A stretch of DNA of 11,862 nt from Myxococcota bacterium (GTDB lineage: Bacteria > Myxococcota > JACRCW01), in the NCBI GenBank assembly GCA_040752415.1, contig JBFMGU010000310.1:1-11862 (forward strand), written 5' to 3'. Below the pieces are notes generated by a model. That model saw only the letters and a program-made list of their open reading frames with translations, was not told where the DNA came from and did not search any database. Shown piece after piece: positions 6,676-11,862 of this stretch. Every line of letters starts with the position of its first letter. The stretch's first letter is position 1. Both the position numbers and the translations under genes were made by a program.

Positions 6676-7641
6676 TCACCGCGCGTACGACGCGTCCGTT
6701 CCCTGGAACCCACGGTGCATCTCGTTCACCCGTCGCCGCACGTCGTCGGTCAGCACGCGCGACGTACCGGACACCGCCGCTTCCAGCTGCTCCACCGTCG
6801 CGGGACCCACCAGGATGGAATCCACGCCGGGCGCGCCCGCGAGCCACGCATACGAAAGGTCCATCAATGACATGCCCGCTTCCCTCGCCACCGCGCCGTA
6901 CGCATCGACGAGCTCGAAGAAGCGCTCCGACCAGTAACGACGCTGGTACATGGCGTTCCCATCAAAGCGCGAGCCCGCGGGAATCGGCGCGTCCCGTCGG
7001 TGTCGGCCGGTGAGCAGACCTCCGGCCAGCGCGTTGTACACCGTGGTGTGGATGGGGAACTGCCGCGTGAACTTCCAGTACTCCACGTCGAGCTGACGGA
7101 TGAGGACGTTGTAGAGCACCTGGGACGTGGCGGGCGGCGCCATGCCGGTTCGCTCACAGATGTTCCGCATCTGCAGGATCTGCCACGACGAAAAATTGCT
7201 CACGCCCCAGTGCCGCGCCTTCCCACTCGCCAGCGCCTCCTTCACCGCGCTCAGCGTCTCGTCGAGCGGCGTGCGGTAGTCGGGCGCGTGCAGGTAGTAG
7301 AGGTCCACGTGGTCGGTGCCCAGGCGGTCCAGGCTCTCGTCGAGCGCGGCGCGGATCCGCTCGGGAGAGAGCCCCTCCGGCTTGCCACCCACGCGCATCA
7401 GCCCGACCTTCGTCGCCAGGCGCACGTCCTTCCGTCGGGAACGGGCCGCGCGCCCGACGATTCGCTCGGACTCTCCGTCGCCGTACACGTTCGCGGTGTC
7501 CCAGGTGGAAAGCCCCAGCTCCAGCGCGCGCTCCATGATGCGCACCGCCTCGGGCTCCGGCGTGCGACCACCGAAGTTCATGGTTCCCAGCGTGAGGAGG
7601 GGGCGCGCGTCGGGGGGACGGGGTGTGAGCCAGCGTTCCAT
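6676..7641 (-). CDS. Aldo/keto reductase (321 aa)
   Basis: LGTMNFG, DTANVYG..SE, LATK, SLDRLGTDHVDLYYLH, GKARHWGVSNF, Q..YN and LAGGLLTG. The D/Y/K/H catalytic tetrad is present. Likely start ATG 7641. Confidence 0.95.
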   Translation of the reverse strand: MERWLTPRPPDARPLLTLGTMNFGGRTPEPEAVRIMERALELGLSTWDTANVYGDGESERIVGRAARSRRKDVRLATKVGLMRVGGKPEGLSPERIRAALDESLDRLGTDHVDLYYLHAPDYRTPLDETLSAVKEALASGKARHWGVSNFSSWQILQMRNICERTGMAPPATSQVLYNVLIRQLDVEYWKFTRQFPIHTTVYNALAGGLLTGRHRRDAPIPAGSRFDGNAMYQRRYWSERFFELVDAYGAVAREAGMSLMDLSYAWLAGAPGVDSILVGPATVEQLEAAVSGTSRVLTDDVRRRVNEMHRGFQGTDASYAR

Positions 7642-7682
7642 GGCTTGGCGCAATAGCCCTTGCGCGCGTGCGCGCCAACCGC

Positions 7683-7699
7683 CGTCAGCGTGAGGTCAG
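7683..7699 (+). repeat. 17-bp direct repeat, left copy (CGTCAGCGTGAGGTCAG)
   Basis: Identical to 10421-10437. Lies 4 nt beyond the protease stop codon. Confidence 0.95.
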
Positions 7700-7703
7700 C
7701 CGC

Positions 7704-10055
7704 TCACTCCACGAGATCGATGGCGCGTGCCGTCGCCCGCCGGAAGTTGTCGCACGCGTCGAGCTGCCGACCCGCGCGGAGCAGGGAATGGCCTGCGTCG
7801 ATCTCGTCGGCGATCCGCGCGAGCGCGCGCGCCTCACCCGGGCTCGGAGTGCTGAGGGCGGATTCCGCGGCCTCGTACTCCGTCGTCGCGATCGCCGCGG
7901 CGGTCAGCCCGAGGAGGTCCACCAGGCTCGAGAGGTCCCCCGCGCCTTCGGCCTCCGCGGTGAGGAGGTTCCCAATGGCTGCCTGCAGCTTCGTGATCGC
8001 GCCCACCGGGTCGCCGTCGTCGAGCTTGGTGAGCGCGCCGTTCGTGGACGGCCCTCCGTGGTGATTACCGACGAGGTCGTCTCGTGCGGCCTGAAGCGCG
8101 GAGAGGATGTCGGGGGCTGTCTCGCCCGTGAGCAGCTGCTGGATGTCGTCGGCGACACTCAGGATCGCGTCAGCGGTGGAGAGGATGGCGTACGGCACGC
8201 TGGACAACGACGGAGCGAACTCACCGACGCGGGGGGTCTCGATCGTGAGCACATAGTCTCCGGGCGGAAGCGTGATCGAGGGCGTTACCGTCGCCACGCC
8301 GTTCGCGTCCGTGGTCGCCTCTTCCGTCAACGTGCCGCCGGAGCCGGTCAGCGTGAAAGTGACCGGAATGCCCGCCAGCCCCGGATCCTCCGGATCGTCC
8401 TCAGCGCTGAGGCGGACCTGGAACGTGGTCGCGGTGCCCGTCGGGGAAACCGCGAGGAGTCCTGCAAGCCCGAGCCTGGTCGACCGAAGGACCACCTCGA
8501 CCGACAGCGGCGCAACGGTGGTGACGGCGTCATTCGTGAGGCTCCGGCCGCGAATGAAGATCGTGCGCGTGCCCACTACGGCATTCGCGTCCGGCGTCAC
8601 GGTCATCCGCGCGAATGACGTCTCACCAGCACACAGGATGCGCGCGCCGGGAGACATCGTCCAGCCCGTGGGCAGGTCAATCGCCTCGAACACGAACGTG
8701 TCGCATGCCTCACCCGTGTTCATCACCGGCACGTCGACGATGTTCTCGCCCGCGGCCGTCAGCCGGACCGGGCCGCCAACATCCACCGGGTACGTGTCGA
8801 CGAGCACACCCGGGCCGCGCACATCCAGGTAGGCGCGAACGGTCTCGCCCGCAACGCCGATGGCCCGCACGGCAACCTGCGACGCGGTGCCGTCAGCCCA
8901 CGGCTGCGACATCGTCCGCTGCGGCGCGGCCGCATTCGCGGCATCCCACGCCTGGAAGCCCGCGGCAGGTCGCATCAGGCCAATGGGATCGACGTCGGGA
9001 TCAACGCCCAACGCGTCGTCGTCGATGCGCCAGATGACCAGCCCGTTGGCGTTCGAGCCTTGGTCATACGTCCCAGGTGTCATCCTCCGGTTCTCGAGGA
9101 GGAAGTAGTCGCTCGTCCCGCGGTCGGGGTCATAGAGGATGAAGGCATCCCCGGTCGTATCGGCGCGGCGCACGTCGTAGTAGCCGTCCTGCGTGACCAC
9201 GGTTGGCGTGATCCACCCCCAGTGCAGCTTGTTCCACGCGCTCGGCGCAAAGTACGTGTTGTCCGCGGCCCCGCACGTCGCAGCGCCGATGTCGAGGCTG
9301 CCCACGTCGAATCCGTAGAAGTCGATCATGCCCAGGGCGACGTGTGCGGTCTCATGGATGATGGTGATCAGGTTCGTTGCCGTGTTGCTCATGGCAACGC
9401 TGAGCCCACCCAGGGATGTCTCGTCGAGCGACACGCTGTCGACGCCGCGCGTGATGCCGCAGCCCTGCGGAAGCGGAATGGTCGGCTCGGCCTCGAGGGC
9501 GTTCACGACGAGCTCCAGGTTGGTCAGAACACCGTTCCCGTCGCCATCGAAGCTCGCATAGTCGACGAAAGGGTCCGCGAGCTCGAGCAGGATTCTGTTC
9601 CGGGTGGTCGCCGGGAGGCTGAAGAACTCGGTTTTCGTGCCTGGCACCGTGACCTGGACAACGCCGTCGTACGCCGTTCCCTGGGTTTCCGCGGCGGGAA
9701 AGAGGAAGAGGTCGTTGAAGGAGAGCCTGCGGAAGTAGTCGCCAACGCTGGGGAAGCTCGTGCTCGGGAAGCCCGTGCCAAAGAAGCGTTCCGCCACCGT
9801 CGCCACGGGGAACTCGGCGGGGTAACCCACGTCATCCCAACGCGCGTAGATGACGAGCAGCGGCCGATCCTCCTGTCCACCGACGGGGCTCAGTCGAATG
9901 TCGCCGCGGTGCGGAGTGTCTGGATGCGAGAAGTCCGGCGGTGGCGAGGGATAGGTTGCGGCCCGTGCGCGCCCGGCGACGACGAGCGAAAGGAGCGCGA
10001 GCAGGAGAACCGGCGTGCTCCGAGACGGGTTGGCCCTTCCAATCATTCGCGCCAT
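7704..10055 (-). CDS. Secreted M6-like (immune inhibitor A type) metalloprotease with C-terminal beta-sandwich and helical domains (783 aa)
   Basis: ATG 10055 with an AGAGG RBS. Signal peptide ending ARA|A. M6-type motifs: LLVIYARWDD, SVGDYFRRLSF, VDYASFDGDGNG, HETAHVALGMIDFY, SAWNKLHWGWI, YFLLENRR, GLVIWRIDD. These are followed by a NEW3/NPCBM-associated-like region (VMNTG...LPTGW...VTPDANA..G), an Ig-like region (GIPVTFTL...TTDANGVAT) and an Ala-rich helical tail. Confidence 0.85.
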   Translation of the reverse strand: MARMIGRANPSRSTPVLLLALLSLVVAGRARAATYPSPPPDFSHPDTPHRGDIRLSPVGGQEDRPLLVIYARWDDVGYPAEFPVATVAERFFGTGFPSTSFPSVGDYFRRLSFNDLFLFPAAETQGTAYDGVVQVTVPGTKTEFFSLPATTRNRILLELADPFVDYASFDGDGNGVLTNLELVVNALEAEPTIPLPQGCGITRGVDSVSLDETSLGGLSVAMSNTATNLITIIHETAHVALGMIDFYGFDVGSLDIGAATCGAADNTYFAPSAWNKLHWGWITPTVVTQDGYYDVRRADTTGDAFILYDPDRGTSDYFLLENRRMTPGTYDQGSNANGLVIWRIDDDALGVDPDVDPIGLMRPAAGFQAWDAANAAAPQRTMSQPWADGTASQVAVRAIGVAGETVRAYLDVRGPGVLVDTYPVDVGGPVRLTAAGENIVDVPVMNTGEACDTFVFEAIDLPTGWTMSPGARILCAGETSFARMTVTPDANAVVGTRTIFIRGRSLTNDAVTTVAPLSVEVVLRSTRLGLAGLLAVSPTGTATTFQVRLSAEDDPEDPGLAGIPVTFTLTGSGGTLTEEATTDANGVATVTPSITLPPGDYVLTIETPRVGEFAPSLSSVPYAILSTADAILSVADDIQQLLTGETAPDILSALQAARDDLVGNHHGGPSTNGALTKLDDGDPVGAITKLQAAIGNLLTAEAEGAGDLSSLVDLLGLTAAAIATTEYEAAESALSTPSPGEARALARIADEIDAGHSLLRAGRQLDACDNFRRATARAIDLVE

Positions 10056-10252
10056 TCCGTGATCCTCTTGGGTGGTTTCCGTCACGGTCCTGCGCTCGGT
10101 GCCCCCCGGTGGGGACGTGCGGGCAGAGCAAGCGATGACGCCCACCGATGTCGTGAGATGAATGCGCCGGTCCACGTCGACGGTGACCACGAGGGTCGCG
10201 CCCCGGATCCCATCGTGCCCCAAACAGGGGTGGTCGGCTGTGCTCGAATGAT

Positions 10253-10299
10253 AACGGCGGGATGATGCGGCGGAGGAGAGTTGATGCGCTCCCGCCGTT
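10253..10299. repeat. Perfect 10-bp inverted repeat enclosing two TGATGCG direct repeats
   Basis: AACGGCGGGA 10253-10262 pairs with TCCCGCCGTT 10290-10299. TGATGCG occurs at 10263-10269 and 10282-10288. Confidence 0.75.
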
Positions 10300-10420
10300 G
10301 GATCGACCGCGGACCAGCGTCACCGAAACAACCACGCGCCCATCACGACGTTCCGGCACAGGCGGATCCCGACCTGAGCGCGGCGCCACGTCATCATCAC
10401 TGGCGTCGTTCGCGCGAGCG

Positions 10421-10437
10421 CGTCAGCGTGAGGTCAG
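10421..10437 (+). repeat. 17-bp direct repeat, right copy, overlapping the last codons and stop of the GT2 gene
   Basis: Identical to 7683-7699. On the minus strand it reads CTG ACC TCA CGC TGA CG (L-T-S-R-stop). Confidence 0.95.
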
Positions 10438-11139
10438 TCGACGTGCCATTCCACGCAGCAGCAGCCAGCCCACGGGATAGAATGCGTGGCGCACCTTCAG
10501 CCCGGACACTTCGTCGCCGTAGATGGCCCGCACCGGCCGGTCCTGCACGCGCAGCCCCGCACGCGCCGCCTGCATCAGCAGGTCATTGGGGAATCCGTAA
10601 CGTGGCCACAGGGAATCCAGCTCCAGTCGACGCAGCGCCGACGCAGTGACGGCGTGGTAGCCGCTCTGCGAGTCGCCCACGTGGGCATATCCCGTCGCCA
10701 CGCGCGTCATCATGGAGAACACGTGCACGCCCGCCCGTCGCAGCACCGGGATGTTGTCGCGCGTGCCGGGGCAGAGCAGTCGGTTTCCCTTCACCAGGTC
10801 CGCGCGGTCCTCCACCAGCGGGCGCAGCAGCTCTGGCACCTCGTGACCATCCATCTGCGCGTCGCCATTGGTCACCAGGACCAGGTCCCCGTCAGTGGCC
10901 AGCACCGCGTGGTAGCCCCGCACAATCGCCCCGCCCACGCCCACGTTGTGCGTCAGCTGCAGCACCTCCACACGGGGATCACGCAGCGCGCGCGCCTGCT
11001 CCGCGGTCCCGTCGTTGCTCGCGTCGTCCACCACGATGATGCGGTCCACCCACGTCGGCAGCCCGACGATGGTGCGCCCGATGAACCCGGCCTCGTCGTG
11101 GCAGGGAATGATCGCGCTGACATGCCGGCCGCGGTACAT
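10423..11139 (-). CDS. Glycosyltransferase family 2 (DPM1-like, possibly polyprenol-phosphate glycosyltransferase), 238 aa
   Basis: VSAIIPCHDE, IIVVDDASNDGT, HNVGVGGAI, NGDAQMD, ADLVKGNR, DSQSGY and RYGF motifs. Confidence 0.93.
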   Translation of the reverse strand: MYRGRHVSAIIPCHDEAGFIGRTIVGLPTWVDRIIVVDDASNDGTAEQARALRDPRVEVLQLTHNVGVGGAIVRGYHAVLATDGDLVLVTNGDAQMDGHEVPELLRPLVEDRADLVKGNRLLCPGTRDNIPVLRRAGVHVFSMMTRVATGYAHVGDSQSGYHAVTASALRRLELDSLWPRYGFPNDLLMQAARAGLRVQDRPVRAIYGDEVSGLKVRHAFYPVGWLLLRGMARRLTSR

Positions 11140-11159
11140 CCTTCACCCACTCCCCGACG

Positions 11160-11862
11160 TCACGTTCGTGACTTCCCCTTCAGCACGCCCTTGAGCAGGT
11201 CCAGCTCGGCGCGCCCGATCTCGCCCAGCACCACCAGCAGGACCAGCACCGCCACGCCAGACACCGCGGCGCCACCCAGGCCCGCCAACCGCGCCATCAG
11301 GGTGCCTGAGGGCCACGGCACCATCATGCCCACCGTCGTCACCACGCCCGCGGCCACCAGGTGCCGAACCAGCGAGGAGAGCGGCCACCGCACCGCGCGC
11401 TGCACGGTGAGCGCGTATCCCGCCAGCGCTGTCGAGGTCACCATGCCCAGCAGGCTGGCCACCGCGCCACCGGTCATGCCCCAGGCTGGCACCATCACCC
11501 ACGCCGCGCCCGCCGTGATCAGCGCGCCGATTCCCACCGAGATTGCCGACGTCATGGGCCGTCCGCGCGCGTTCAACATGGTGCACAGCACGCTGCATAG
11601 GGCGCAGGCCACGTAGGAGAACGCCAGGATGCGCAACGCGCCCGCGGCGCCGGCATACGCGGGAGGGAAGATGGCGGCCAGCACGCCCGGTCCCGCGGCG
11701 GTCAACGTCGTCGCCACGGGCATGATGATGAGCAAGGCGTAACGCAGCGCGCGCTCCGCCATGGCGCGGCCGGACTCCTCGTCACCTTGCGCGTTGGCCT
11801 TCCCCAGCAACGGGAACAGGACGAACGTGATGGCCGTGCATCCGAGGTACGGGACCTGCGCC
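11160..11862 (-). CDS. Wzx/MOP-superfamily polysaccharide flippase, C-terminal part (5' end outside the window)
   Basis: The frame is open to the window edge (AQVPYLGCTAITFVLFPLL...). Motifs LFP, ALRY..IIMP, Y..AA.ALRILA, LNARGRP and VPAWGMTGGAVA, with multiple transmembrane helices. Confidence 0.85.
   Translation of the reverse strand, partial: AQVPYLGCTAITFVLFPLLGKANAQGDEESGRAMAERALRYALLIIMPVATTLTAAGPGVLAAIFPPAYAGAAGALRILAFSYVACALCSVLCTMLNARGRPMTSAISVGIGALITAGAAWVMVPAWGMTGGAVASLLGMVTSTALAGYALTVQRAVRWPLSSLVRHLVAAGVVTTVGMMVPWPSGTLMARLAGLGGAAVSGVAVLVLLVVLGEIGRAELDLLKGVLKGKSRT

Larger units (their letters stand above)
7700..10420. mobile_element. Putative inserted islet bounded by 17-bp direct repeats; carries one protease gene and no recombinase
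   Basis: Direct repeats flank it exactly, and it separates GT2 from the reductase in an otherwise tightly packed cluster. Mobility is inferred, not shown. Confidence 0.55.

Noticed and set aside
10056..10223. ORF-track N-terminal extensions (protease to 10223; also 1136, 2761, 3411, 4875, 6385)
   Set aside because: Downstream ATGs fit better on RBS, signal peptide position or stop/start overlap. The extensions run into neighbouring genes or leaders.
10249..10303. Integron attC-like site (ATCCAAC...GTT on the minus strand)
   Set aside because: Only one R box fits consensus on either strand. It is about 55 bp, has no unpaired central spacer or L boxes with extrahelical bases, and there is no intI or cassette array.
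7700..10420. IS/transposon terminal inverted repeats at the islet ends
   Set aside because: Only a 5-bp match (CGCTC 7701-7705 / GAGCG 10416-10420) and no transposase ORF or remnant.
10850..10875. GT2 DxD motif reading NGD
   Set aside because: The first position varies in DPM1-like GT2 proteins with xGDxQMD, and the metal-binding Asp is retained. Not evidence of inactivation.
1..11862. CRISPR arrays, tRNA/rRNA genes, tandem repeat arrays
   Set aside because: No regularly spaced repeats or recognisable structural RNA gene signatures were seen by eye.

Overview
GC-rich bacterial window, probably Myxococcota/Deltaproteobacteria-like (an inference from composition and gene style only). Nearly all genes lie on the minus strand. 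Reading right to left there is a surface-polysaccharide-type cluster: a partial Wzx-like flippase, GT2, aldo/keto reductase, PhyH-type Fe(II)/2OG dioxygenase, GT4 and an alpha/beta hydrolase. A 2738-bp segment carrying one secreted M6-like metalloprotease gene interrupts the cluster between GT2 and the reductase. An exact 17-bp direct repeat that duplicates the 3' end of the GT2 gene brackets this segment, which holds no integrase or transposase. Further left are a plus-strand membrane-protein gene and an overlapping three-gene unit (PEGA-like lipoprotein, gluzincin metallopeptidase lipoprotein, putative beta-barrel protein). The first 287 bp are non-coding. They contain two tandem TGT-N11-ACA-type palindromes, a correctly spaced sigma-54 -24/-12 element and three hairpins. 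All family calls come from reading motifs by eye; no searches were run.
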